Positions 26,054-37,984 of a stretch of DNA of 64,000 nucleotides are shown one piece after another (position 1 is the first letter of the stretch; the number at the start of each line of letters is the position of its first letter). Origin of the DNA: Oopsacas minuta (Eukaryota > Animalia > Porifera); assembly GCA_024704765.1 (NCBI GenBank), contig JAKMXF010000266.1, forward strand, positions 62,001 through 126,000. The letters run 5' to 3'. The notes under the pieces were generated by a model. It had not been told where the DNA came from. It made no database searches and saw nothing but the letters and a program-made list of their open reading frames with translations. The position numbers were made by a program, and so were the translations under genes.

Positions 26054-27559
26054 ATGGCATCCTATTATACAGATATAGATAGGTGATAATATTACTTCAT
26101 AAACGGAATCTACATACTGGGACTTAACATACTTCTTTTGTTATAGGTATATAGAGACATTGGAGCAATGTAAACTCATCACCATTACAGAAGTAAAAGA
26201 TTTATGTTCTATGGCAAAGTAGGTTATGTTTGTTTCTTATTATTAATTTTACAGCTGTTTTACAGGAGAATACTCAGTGAGGAATCTAACGTGCTTGAGT
26301 TACAGTCTCCTTTAACAGTCAGTTTATTCTTATATTCTCCATGTTAATATTTCAAATATTATTACTTTAGATTTGTGGGAATTTGGAAGGCAATTTTCCA
26401 GCACTTCAAGAAATATTCAAGGTAATGTAATCATCTCTTCTCCCCACTCCTATATTATGTATATCTGTATTTCAGTTAGTTGGTCGTATACCAGACACGA
26501 ACTTTCTATTCCTTGGAGATCTGGTAGATCGTGGTTACTATAGCATTGAAACTATTCTCCTACTGTTTGCTTATAAAGTCAGATATCCTATTAGATTAAA
26601 CTTAATTCGAGGAAAACACGAGAGTAGAGCTATTACTCAGGTTTCTAATATCACTCCTACTCCGTTATCTCCAATTAAATCATACTTATCGTTACAATAG
26701 GTATACGGATTCTATGATGAATGTCTTAATAAATACAGGTCTACCGATGTATGGCGATATTGTACTGATGTATTTGACTACTTTCCTCTTTCTGCTACTA
26801 TAAATAATCAGGTTATAGTTCTTCGCATAATTTCTCAATATACATTTTGGGCATCTCTTATTATTTGGAGTTTAGACTTTCTGTGTACATGGTGGTTTAT
26901 CACGTTTGATATATACTCTAGATCAGGTATTCCTCCTTGTAAATATCATTATTATCATTATAAGTGAGTTGTATTAATAGTTAAGATTGATTATACGGGA
27001 TGTAGAAGTTCCGTGTGAAGGAGCCATGTGTGACCTTATATGGTCAGATCCTCAAGGTTTGGTTGATTTCATTTTCATAGAATTTCTTTTTCTGAGTTAT
27101 ATCCTTCTGCATAGAGCTAGATGGATGGGGAATCAGTCCAAGAGGTGCTGGCTGTCTGTACGGAGGAAATATCGTTAAAAATGTCTGTATTTCTAGCCAC
27201 TTATCATTTTATCATATTATGCACCAACCTCTCTAGTTTAACCATATAAATGGACTAGACATGATATGTCGTTCAAATCAACTAGAATTACAAGGTTATA
27301 GATGGTATTTCAAAGGAAAGCTATTGTCGATATGGTCTACACCAAATCACTGTTATAGGTACAGATTTTGAGTAGCAAATTTGGAAATATGTAATCATAA
27401 GTTTTTATACAGAATGGGTAATCCAGCTGCTATACTATCTCTTGATACTGACATGACATATAGCATTGCAGAGTTCTATGAACCTAAAGAGGTGATACTT
27501 TACCTTTAGGGTAAATTTCTATTTAATTATTCTTCATCCTTTAGGGTTGGAAAGTATGA
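26054..27559 (+). CDS. PP4/PP2A-family paralog with degenerate active site (candidate pseudophosphatase), multi-exon, absent from the ORF track
   Basis: Exons join in frame at positions homologous to PPP4C: [10 protein letters not shown]|YIETLEQC...|ICGNLEGNF...|...GDLVDRG...RGKHESR...|VYGFYDEC...|TFCVHGG|...MCDLIWSDP|...SPRGAG|...CRSNQ...WSTPNHCYR|MGNPAA...EPKE|GWKV*. No internal stops or frameshifts found. Confidence 0.88.
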
Positions 27560-27644
27560 TGTATTAACCTTTGTATATATATTTTGTTGTTATTTTTGTT
27601 TACTATATCTATACAAAGATATTATAAACTAGATATATTGCCCT

Positions 27645-30600
27645 ATGACTACATCTTGTAGTCTCAAAGAAAAGGATTGGTCCCAGCCTTCTGCTAACAG
27701 AAGTCGCAAATTAAGTCAGCGCGGACTAGCAACAGAAAGTGTAAAGTTCCTAGAGGAACAGTTGCAAAATGTCCTCTCTGTCACTTGCAAGAGTCTGGAG
27801 TGTTCAAATGACGTCAGTATTTATCCTAAACCATTAGAGAAAGCAGCTGAGATTGAAATTGACACTGATTTTGCCTTTAGCTGTGGTAAAGTTAGGTTCC
27901 ATGGTGCGTACGAGGTAGCCGATTCTGCTAAAATTCCTAAAATAGTTTCCATCACTCCAGATTGTCCAGTTTCCAGTCTCCCAAAGATTATCAAAACACG
28001 TAAAACTACAGAAAACTACAGAGAGTATTTTGTTCGTCAATTGAAGCTATGTAAGCCCAATTTGACTCTCGTCCTTCCGTCTACAAGCGAGCATACTCCA
28101 TTAAATGCAATCAGGACGCTTGATCCTAATTATATGAAGAATTTCCTCTCTGACATGCGTCAAATAATCCATAATACTGATACATGGTTGCTTACGAACG
28201 GGTTGAATTGGGGTTTAACTAGAGTCATTGGTGAGAGCATTGCAACGCGGCTTTTATCGCCTTTCACTGCTGAAACTGTTGAATTGATTGGGATACAAAA
28301 ATTCGAAGATCTCCCTGCATCTGTCAGGAATTGTATCTCCCGTCTCTCTATGAATGCAGAATGTGAAGAGGATACTCTCATCAGAGGTTGTCTTGAAGAG
28401 AACCATTCCTTATTCTTAGCTATGAAAGATAACCACGAGCGTACCAGTACACAGACATTCTGGGATACAATCAAAGTGACTCAAATAATTAAGAGAATAG
28501 AAGAAATAAAGGCAGCAACTCGTCGTGAATCTATTCAGGAGCCAGGAGATAAGTCAAATGACCATTTACAGACCAAAAAGAGTGAATCACTTGAATTTAG
28601 CAACAAAGATAATTCTTCTCCTAAGAAAGAATACATTGAATTGGAAAATATAGAAAAACATAAATTCGTGAGTTTCGACGGAGAGCCGGATCGTGTAACA
28701 GAAATTGAACCAGGACCCAGGATTCCATCTGAATATCAAAATCTTTGGTTTAAACCGATAGAATTCAATGACCCAGAAATTAATCCTGCAGTCTGTTTGC
28801 TATTAGACAATTCTATTGATGGATTGAGACACGTCTTAGAATCATTACGTCATAATGTTCCTATAATATTAGTAATTGATAGCGGTATTGCTGCTGATGT
28901 AGTGCATCTAATCCTTCAGCTATCAAGAGAGCCTCCAACCACTAGTATAGCAAATGAGGTCAGGGAGTTTGTCAAACATAACTATCCTCTACACCTACCT
29001 AAACTTGGCCGTGAGCTCCTCAGACTGCTGATCGATACTGTCTCACAAAATGAAAATATGTTTACTGTATACCATCCTTTGAGACATGGTATACACGAGC
29101 TGAATAAAGCTATTCTCCTTTCTTTATTAAAGGGCTATGAAGGCAAGAATAAACGATTATACGGACTTATACTAAGTTTCCATTGGAAGAGACCATCACT
29201 AGCTTTAGAGCAGATATTCATTGGACGTGAAAAGTGGGTCTCTAAAGATGATGCACGGGCTGTACAGCGTATTTTCTTCTCAGCTCTTGTGAATAATAAT
29301 AGAGACTTTGTGCATCGCTTGTTAGACTCTAAAATCGTGAACTCATCTTATTTCGGGAATATATACTACATGGCACAGTTGTATAAGAAAACATTTGAAC
29401 ACTTGTCAGATAGCGAGGAGGATATTATTGTTAATAAGATGGTGAGACTACATTTTGGAAATTGCAGGTCGAAGAAAGATCCTCGTTATATCCTTGTTGA
29501 GGTAGGTGGGTTGATAGAAGCACTGATGGGAAGTGATTACGTTTGTTTCTATCTGCATTTACCGATTTCTCGTAAAGATAAAAAATTTGAAGAAGCAGAT
29601 CTGAAGAAGAATGTAGGTAACTGTTATTACCTTTTCAGACATGGAAGAGACGCATTTAAAGATTGTCTAAAAAGGTTTAGAATTCAACGAATAACAACTC
29701 AAACTCGTAAAGCAAAGACAATAAGAGCTGAAAAAGCGCAGAGGTTATTCGAACTATTCCCTGATGAACAGCTATTCATTTGGTGTATTTTCTTTCATCG
29801 TTGGGAGATGGCTAAACTCATTATGAAATATTGTACTAAGACTTGTCTTACTACTGTGTTAGCTGCCGCGAGACTCGTACGAGGAATGAAACTAAAATAC
29901 AGCTCACGAACGGACGTGGATGAAGTTGCTAGAAACAAATTAGAAGCAAGAGCTGATGACTTTGAAAACTTAGCAATTAATTTATTAGCAGAATTCAGTT
30001 ACACTTCAAAAAACGATTTAACACTAAAACTTTTGCTGAAAAACCGACGTGTTGTAGAGAGTCAAGAACAGCTGATCGGGCTAGAAGTCGCTGCATACCA
30101 ACCGGAAGTACGTCCAATAGATCGAGATGAAATGTTAATGCGAGAACAGGGTGACCCCACTACATACATATGGCCATGGCATGAAAACAATGCTTTTGAG
30201 ATGGCAATGAACGCCGACTGCAAACACTTCATAGCACATCCGTTAATACAAGATTATGGTAACCAGAAATGGTACGCTAATGTCCGTAGGTTAAATCCTG
30301 AATGGAAAGTGTTTATTTGTTTCTTCTTACCATTTCTAATTCCATTCGCTATCCAGATACATTCTAGAAGAAGGAGACTGGAACACCATATAAATCCTGA
30401 TAAAGATCCTACAGCTCGTGAGATAAAATTCCGTCAGAGAACATATTTCCATTTTATAGTTTTCCTAATCTTCGACTACTATCGCAGCATTTATAATTTC
30501 TACAACGCACCTAAGATCAAATACTGGCTCCACTCGGTGTCACATGTCATTTATACGATCTTGTTCACGATAGTAGGGGTCACTCCTTACAGACCAATTC

Positions 30601-31963
30601 GTAATCGTACTGCACAAGATATAGCTAATGATCCTCTCTTGATTATAGAGATTATCGTATGGATTTGGACGTTTACGATAATAATGGAAGAGATCAGTCA
30701 GTTGCTACACGAGAAAGGTTCTGTGAAACTGCGCTTTAAAGGCTATTTCTCTACGACATGGAATATCGGGGATGTTGTGTTCATATTCCTTTTTATCCTT
30801 GCTTTCGGTGTGAAACTAGGCTCTGACAATGCAGAATGGGTTCATCGTATCTACGCTCTGATAATAGTTATACTATGCATGCGGATCTTCCAGTATCTGA
30901 TCATGTCAGCTTACTTCGGAGTTATTGTGCTGACAATATTCGCATTAGCAAATGAAGTTTTATATTTTGTTATAGTACTATTTGTGAGTATGATAGGGTT
31001 CGGAGCAGCTGCTCAGGCTGTTGTATCAGCTACTGCCTCATTGGAGACATTTCGTCCTCAAATTTTGCTGTTTACGATATTCTTCAGACCTTACTGGCAA
31101 ATATTTGGAGAGTTCTTCTTAAGCCAGTTAGGTAGAGACATAACCAGTGCAACAGAAGTCGTAAACAGTGAGTTAATTAACTAATAAATACAGTCCACGG
31201 GCACAGGTTAAAATGGCTGCTTACACAATCATGACATTATTCCTTCTATTATCAATAAATAATTATCTTACATTTCTCTCTAGATACTTCTACCTGTACA
31301 TCCTTATTCCTTGATACTTCTAACAATACTTGTGACAGTCAGAACCTAACTGTCTGTCCTTCTACCAACATAGCTACTGTTGATACTCTAGCAGAATTTG
31401 ATTACACGGTTCATCTACTGCCATACTTGATACTAGCTGCTTGGCTTATATTCTCTAATGTGTTGTTAATCAACTTGTTGATTGCGAAATTTAACAACAT
31501 TTATCTATCTGTGGAGGCTAAATCTAGCATTTTATGGAAGTTTAATCGTTACTCAACCATACAAGAGTTCAGACTCAAACCGATGCTACCTCCCCCTTTT
31601 ATAGTGATATCTCATATAAGAAAATTGGTAAAGTTTGTGTATGGAAAATGTATTTTCCGAATTATCAGGAAAAATCGCTATCGAGAAGATCTTAAGAATT
31701 TCCACAGGAAAAATAATGAGCGTTTCAAGTGGACTAAGGATGTCCAGAAAGAAGGGTTACTACGGTGGGAGTCAAAAATGTTAGCTGCACAAGAAGACTC
31801 CATCAAGCATTTATTCTGTTCTATTGACAATAAGCTAGAAGATGTGTATAGGAACTGTCATACCCTGTTGGATCATCTGGGATCTGATGAACCTATGTTA
31901 GCACATATGACTAATGAATTGAGAGAGGTCAGGAGACAACTGGCGGATTTCGGGGTTAATTAG
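27645..31963 (+). CDS. TRPM-family cation channel, 2 exons (27645-31167, 31284-31963), about 1400 aa, no NUDT9H domain
   Basis: SLOG/MHR motifs WLLTNGLNWG and LFIWCIF, pore RPYWQIFGE, S6 NVLLINLLIAKFN, TRP box WKFNRY. Phase-1 GTGAGT..TAG intron restores the frame. Confidence 0.92.
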
Positions 31964-32347
31964 CTCACTACCATATTAATTTTATGACTATAAAGACATA
32001 AAGTATTGCTCGTTCTTTCTTGCTTTTTAATTAACTCTTAAATGAAGTATGGCTGAAGATTTGTGTTAGTCTCTCTTAGAACATGATGTTTATCGTCTTC
32101 TAACTTTATTTGTTTATTTTTATTTATTTTCGTGTATACTTGTATAGACTCTTATATATTGTGTAATTATTAAATAGTATAGTGGTATAGATTATGTATA
32201 TTTGTATTATCGAGTCAGGTGCATATGAGATTTGAATAATAGTCAACGAATATTTTATAAAAAACTAGATTTTGAGGTCTACAAACTTCGTAGACAATTC
32301 TCCGTAAACTTTCATAAACTTCCAGTTAGTTGTATATTAACAGCATT

Positions 32348-35300
32348 ATGACTTCTATTGTAAAGCTCACAGCTCTATCAGGTGCTCAGAACGAGTCTCC
32401 ACTCTGCTACCTGCTTCAGGTTACACACAGTATATTATACACAATACAATACTTGTTATATATTAGATTCTTATAGGTAGATGAGTTTCGATTTCTGCTA
32501 GACTGTGGGTGGGACGAGAACTTTGACCGTGAGATTATAACTAACTTACAAAGACATGTTAAACAGATAGACGCTGTATTACTCTCATACCCTGATATCC
32601 TACACCTAGGAGCTCTCCCTTACCTCGTGGGTAAGATGGAGTTAAAGTGTCCTATATACGCTACAACCCCTGTGTATAAGATGGGAGAGATGTTCATGTA
32701 TGACCTCTATCAGTCCAGATTCAATGAAGAAGAATTTAACCTATTCTCACTGGATGATGTAGATCAAGCCTTTGAGCAGGTATTCCCCCAAGGATTGCCC
32801 AAAACTGGTCGTCACGCGATATTGTAATTATAGACAATGTGACTGAATAGCGGTAGATAGGAGTAATTATACTTTCCACTTATAAATGCTTATTAATGCT
32901 ATGACTAAATTTATATGCACAGGTCATACAACTAAAATATTCACAGAATCTAGCCCTGAAAGGTAAAGGCAATGGATTAACAATAACTCCGTATGCAGCC
33001 GGGCATATGGTCGGAGGAACTATGTGGAAAATTGTTAAAGATGGAGAGGAGGATATTCTATATGCTGTAGACTATAATCATAAGAAAGAAAGACATCTAG
33101 ATGGAGCTGTGTTAGAATCTCTAGGTAAATTTGTATTACGATTTAGCCCGAATATTTCTATTAGAATTATATTACAGGTCGCCCTAGTCTATTAATTACT
33201 GATGCGTTTAACGCACTTAATGTGCCAGCTAAAAGGAAGAAGAGAGACGAAGCTCTGATTACAGAGATACTACGTACGATGGAGAGAGGAGGTAACATGT
33301 TAATAGCAGTAGATACTGCTGCTAGAGTATTAGAGTTATCTCAATTATTGGATCAGTTATGGCCTAATGAAGATCTGAGTAGGTATAATATTATCTTGCT
33401 TAACTACCAGAGCTGGAATGTTATTAATTTCGCGAAAAGTCAGGTAAATTTTGATTTTTTCTTATATTCTCATGAACAGGATAAACAAACATTATACGTA
33501 TTACAGGTTGAATGGATGAGTGAAAAGATCTTAAAACTATTTGAAGATAGACAGGAAGAGAAGCGTACAAATCCATACGAAGATAAACGAGATAATCCAT
33601 TCAAATTCAGATATATTAGATCTTATCACAGTATAGAAGAACTGGATCGTATTCCTGAACCTAAAGTTGTACTAGCTAGTCCACCTGACCTGGAGTGCGG
33701 TCTTGCGAGAGAGCTTTTTATCAGATGGGCAGGAGACCAGAAAAATTCAGTCGTATTCACTACAAGAACAAGTCCAGGCACTTTAGCTAGAATTTTAATA
33801 GACAATCCTCGGAAAGAGTCAGTAGTATTGGAGGTTAGGAGTAGAGTTAGATTGGAAGGAGCAGAGCTTGATGCTTATAATGCTGAACAAGCTGAAAAGG
33901 AGAAACTCATTAAACAAGAGAAAGAGCAACTAGCAAGCGTGTAAGTAGAATACTGCTATAGTATCTTTTTGTAATTATTGTGTTAATATAGTGATTAATT
34001 AATGGGGAATTTTCCGTTGGTGGAGGTTATACTGTAATTCTATTTATAGGAGCGCATCTCGAGGCATAAGTTCTAACCTGAACCTCTCCTTGAGTCTACC
34101 AGATCTAGATGAAGACAGTGACAGCGACATGGACACAGATCTGGAACCAACTAGCCCGATGGGACAATCAAAACAGCTGAGAACTCCTAGACACGATCTC
34201 ATGATCACAGAGGAGACTAGATCAAGATCTTCCTTCTTCAAGCAGACTAAATCATTTCCTATGTTTATATGCCATGAGCATAAGCCTAAATGCGATGATT
34301 ATGGAGAGATTATACGCCCTGAAGACTATATGAAGGATCCTTATCAAGAAAGGTATGTTAAAATTCTATAGAAATACAGTCAACTCCTGTCATAGCGAAG
34401 CTAAAGGGACCGGGATAATTGCTTCGATAAAACTGATTTAAATAGCTTATGTTTACTACTCATATTGTTATAGACTTGAAGACAGTGTGTTTGGTGGTAT
34501 AGGCTCTAAGATAGGAGATTCACAGAAACGAGACAACACGGTTACACACCCTACTAAGTGTGTAAGCAAGATGCAGTATATTGATATTAAGTGTACGATA
34601 ACTTTCATTGATTTTGAGGGTCGATCTGATGGAGATTCTATCAAGAGAATTCTGTCACTTGTCAAACCGCGTCAGCTGATTATTGTACACGGTATGCCAG
34701 AGCCTACTACCCATCTAGCTGAGTACTGTATCAGGAATATAGGTATTCCTCCTGAGAAGGTATTTACACCTAGAACTAGTGAGTGTGTGGATTGTACCAG
34801 TGAGAGACATATATATCAAGTTAGTATTGTAGTAATCTGTTATAAGCATACCAATTGTACCTGTCTGTTGTTAGGTTAAGTTAAAAGATAGTTTGGTGAG
34901 TTCATTGAAGTTCTCTCGTGCTCAAGATGCTGATCTAGCTTGGGTAGACGGACTTATCTGCTTCGAGGAGGGTGACCAGGAGGACGGTATGGAGTATCAA
35001 CAAGAGGAGAATATAATCAGGGGAGGAGCTAGAGTAAGGGATACAGACAAAGTACCTGTTCTAGACCTACCTCCTAGCTCTAGGTATGTTCTTATAACGA
35101 ACTAGCATATGACACTTTCCCCATTTGTTGAGATTTTCACTGTATTATTTATGAATGTATATATAGCATTACGGGACATGACGAAGTGTTCATTAACGAG
35201 CCTAGACTACCAGATTTCAAACAAATTCTCACTCGTAACAACATTAAGGCTGAATTCTCTGGTGGAGTTCTGATCTGTAATTCTCTAGTCGCTGTGAGGA

Positions 35301-35395
35301 GATCAGAAGCTGGGAAGATTAGTTTAGAAGGAGCTCTCTGTGAAGACTTCTTCACTGTACGCAAGCTCTTATATGAACAATATGCAATTGTTTGA
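32348..35395 (+). CDS. CPSF2: Cleavage and polyadenylation specificity factor subunit 2 (CPSF100), multi-exon
   Basis: [24 protein letters not shown]|[56 protein letters not shown]-terminal [12 protein letters not shown]. Confidence 0.95.
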
Positions 35396-35523
35396 TATTA
35401 GTATGAAATTTTAATTTTATGAATTATTAGCGAATCTCTAGCATTTTAGCACGTAATACCGTAATACGTCTAACTTCATTAATTTCTGATTTGTACTATT
35501 ACAGACTAGCTTTTCTATTTATA

Positions 35524-36225
35524 ATGGCTAATCCACCAACTCAAAAATCGACAGGTTTTAGTGAAAACATAAATTTCAAGAATGTTCTTAAAGAGGCTGC
35601 TTCTGCTAGAGACGCGGAAGATAAATACCAGAGAGAGAATGATGCGAAATTCCGTGCTGTATACCAGAAGGTTGCTACTTATGAGGAGTTCTGTGATATT
35701 GTTCTGGCCTCAAATCTAAAACCACTTGATAAATCTGATTCTATACCATCAGCGGGAGCAGGTCTTACTCCCTGGAATGTAAATGCTACACACACGAACA
35801 AACAACAGAAGAGTGACGAAATCCTTGTCCCACAAATTGAATCTGGGAGTAATAATATAGAAACAATCAAGATAACTTCTCAAGCAGAATTCTATAAAAC
35901 ATACACGAAATTGACTACAGATGATAAATACTTGTTACTGATACAAATTGGTGGAGATAAGCTCTTATCCCTGTTCCCAACAGAGATTGAAGTATTCGAA
36001 GATATTCTATTTGTTCTCACACTAGAATACAGAGATAATGATATGGATATTATCACTAATATATTGATGTGTATGTCTGCCATGAAGAGGTTCTCTCTAG
36101 CTCTACAATTCTTAGAAAAACCTTCCAGAACTGACCTCTCCAATTTATTGAAGTTATTAACAGTATCAGCAAGAGACAAGACTCAAAATGATGAGCTCGT
36201 AAAGGTTGTTTCTATTTATAGCTAA
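35524..36225 (+). CDS. CCDC103: Axonemal dynein assembly factor CCDC103/DNAAF19, intronless
   Basis: KYQRENDAKFRAVYQKVATYEEFCDIVLASNLKPL dynein-attachment motif plus RPAP3_C-like tail (MSAMKRFSLALQFL). ATG 35524. Confidence 0.9.
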   Translation: MANPPTQKSTGFSENINFKNVLKEAASARDAEDKYQRENDAKFRAVYQKVATYEEFCDIVLASNLKPLDKSDSIPSAGAGLTPWNVNATHTNKQQKSDEILVPQIESGSNNIETIKITSQAEFYKTYTKLTTDDKYLLLIQIGGDKLLSLFPTEIEVFEDILFVLTLEYRDNDMDIITNILMCMSAMKRFSLALQFLEKPSRTDLSNLLKLLTVSARDKTQNDELVKVVSIYS

Positions 36226-36314
36226 CATATTATAATTATAATCACTTACACATATCAGTTCATATTAATTTTAACATTATATAGCATGAACTACAGCCCT
36301 ACTAGCTAGTAACT

Positions 36315-37625
36315 TTATATAATGTAAGGCATGACCCTGTAGGGAACACGCTTGCTGTACTCTTCCCAATACTTCCCGTATTTTTCCTTGTTCTTCCACT
36401 CATCTCTTACCACATGTTGTATAACAACTAAGCATAGTGTAAACAGGTATATCCAAGGGAATATGGTGTTAAATAACGCAGGTAGCGTCCATGCCAATGA
36501 GGCAAGTAGTTCTAGAATGCAATGAAACTGTCTAGCCCAGCCCCAGAATCCGCTGACCAGTAAAATATTCACTTTCTCCTCACGATCTCCTACTTTATAC
36601 TTAGCCAAAATAATTTCAGGTTTCTTTCCAAATACCAAACATTTCCCTTCTGTTTCTCTAACTATTTCTTTCTGCATATCTGCCCAATAAGTTAACCAAG
36701 TGAATAATACTCCCAACAAGATGCATGCTGCACAGAACTCCCTAGATATATCAACATTATACATGGCAAGGTAAATAGTTGGTGTGTTGAAACCCACGAA
36801 AACAAATGCAATACATCCCCAGCATATGTAAAAACCAGCTCGATCCCATGCTATATCCATACTCTTAGTATACGCCTTCTCCCAAAGGTAGAACTTGAAC
36901 AGATATTGAGTTTGTATTATAGCTGTAGCCATGTATGCAAATGAAATCTCCCCGTAGGTATTCTGTTGGTATGCTAGCCCTGAGAATATCAACATCTGCC
37001 ATAGCATTAGTCCGAATCTACAGTTCGTGAACACTTTAACATCCCAGCAGAGTACTCTAGGGTATAATTCTGTACCCCAGAAGAAATCGAATACAACATT
37101 CCCTGACAAGTCGCTCTCTACTGTGCTTGGGAAGAATACACCTTTTATGTAAAGGATTCCGCAGAAAATGAATCCAAAGCATACCAGCGTTATTACCAAT
37201 TCTAGGTACAGATCGATTAGTATGCTAGCAGGGAAGAAATTAAGTCCCCAGGAAGAACAGCCTATGAATAGAATACACGTAGCTAGATATGCACAAAGCC
37301 CGTTCTCACGGTATTTCGGTATATGTCCGTTTGGTGCGATCGGTCCATCGTATTCTTTACCTGGTAGAAAGCGCATAAATATCATTTGTGTGAGTGATAG
37401 TACGCCGATTATCTTCCAGCATTGAATTGTCCCACATATGTTCATTATCCACTGTTCCTGTATCAGATTCCAGAACCCAGTCTTAGTTATTTGGTAGATC
37501 AATGCAACTACAGATCCATCTAGCTTAGCCACACAATAAGCGAGTAGCACAGTACTCACTGGCGTAGTTAGCATCAGTAGAAGCGGCCCGATTGTATAGT
37601 GAAATGAAATTCCTATATTCCCCAT
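36315..37625 (-). CDS. ERG4/ERG24-family sterol reductase, DHCR7/DWF5-like, intronless, with diverged C-terminal motifs
   Basis: FFWGTELYPR, DVKVFTNCRFG, KFYLWEKAY..MDIAWDRAGFYICWG, LLVSGFWGWAR, KYGKYWEEY..RVPY. Confidence 0.88.
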   Translation of the reverse strand: MGNIGISFHYTIGPLLLMLTTPVSTVLLAYCVAKLDGSVVALIYQITKTGFWNLIQEQWIMNICGTIQCWKIIGVLSLTQMIFMRFLPGKEYDGPIAPNGHIPKYRENGLCAYLATCILFIGCSSWGLNFFPASILIDLYLELVITLVCFGFIFCGILYIKGVFFPSTVESDLSGNVVFDFFWGTELYPRVLCWDVKVFTNCRFGLMLWQMLIFSGLAYQQNTYGEISFAYMATAIIQTQYLFKFYLWEKAYTKSMDIAWDRAGFYICWGCIAFVFVGFNTPTIYLAMYNVDISREFCAACILLGVLFTWLTYWADMQKEIVRETEGKCLVFGKKPEIILAKYKVGDREEKVNILLVSGFWGWARQFHCILELLASLAWTLPALFNTIFPWIYLFTLCLVVIQHVVRDEWKNKEKYGKYWEEYSKRVPYRVMPYII

Positions 37626-37984
37626 ACCAAAATTCGCAAAGTTTGAATTTCTCAGAACTCTACAATTTCTACAATATTACTGAGTCAAATAATATGCCTA
37701 ACATGTAGAAACCTGATATTTAAGCGATCTACAACCTCCATTACCTTCTCTTTTTCATGACGAGATTTACCAACCATATAATTTTGATGGTAATGTTTCT
37801 TTTGAATTATTTAACGTCTGAAGCCATTTTCTTAATATTACTCCACTTCAATGGATTTCGGTATACTTAAAACCAACTGTGAAATTAACGATGTAGTTAA
37901 TACTATTAATAGATTTATTACATTAACCACAAATCGAGAAAATCGCTGTAATGTGCTTGTATTAGTTACATTCACCAATAATAT

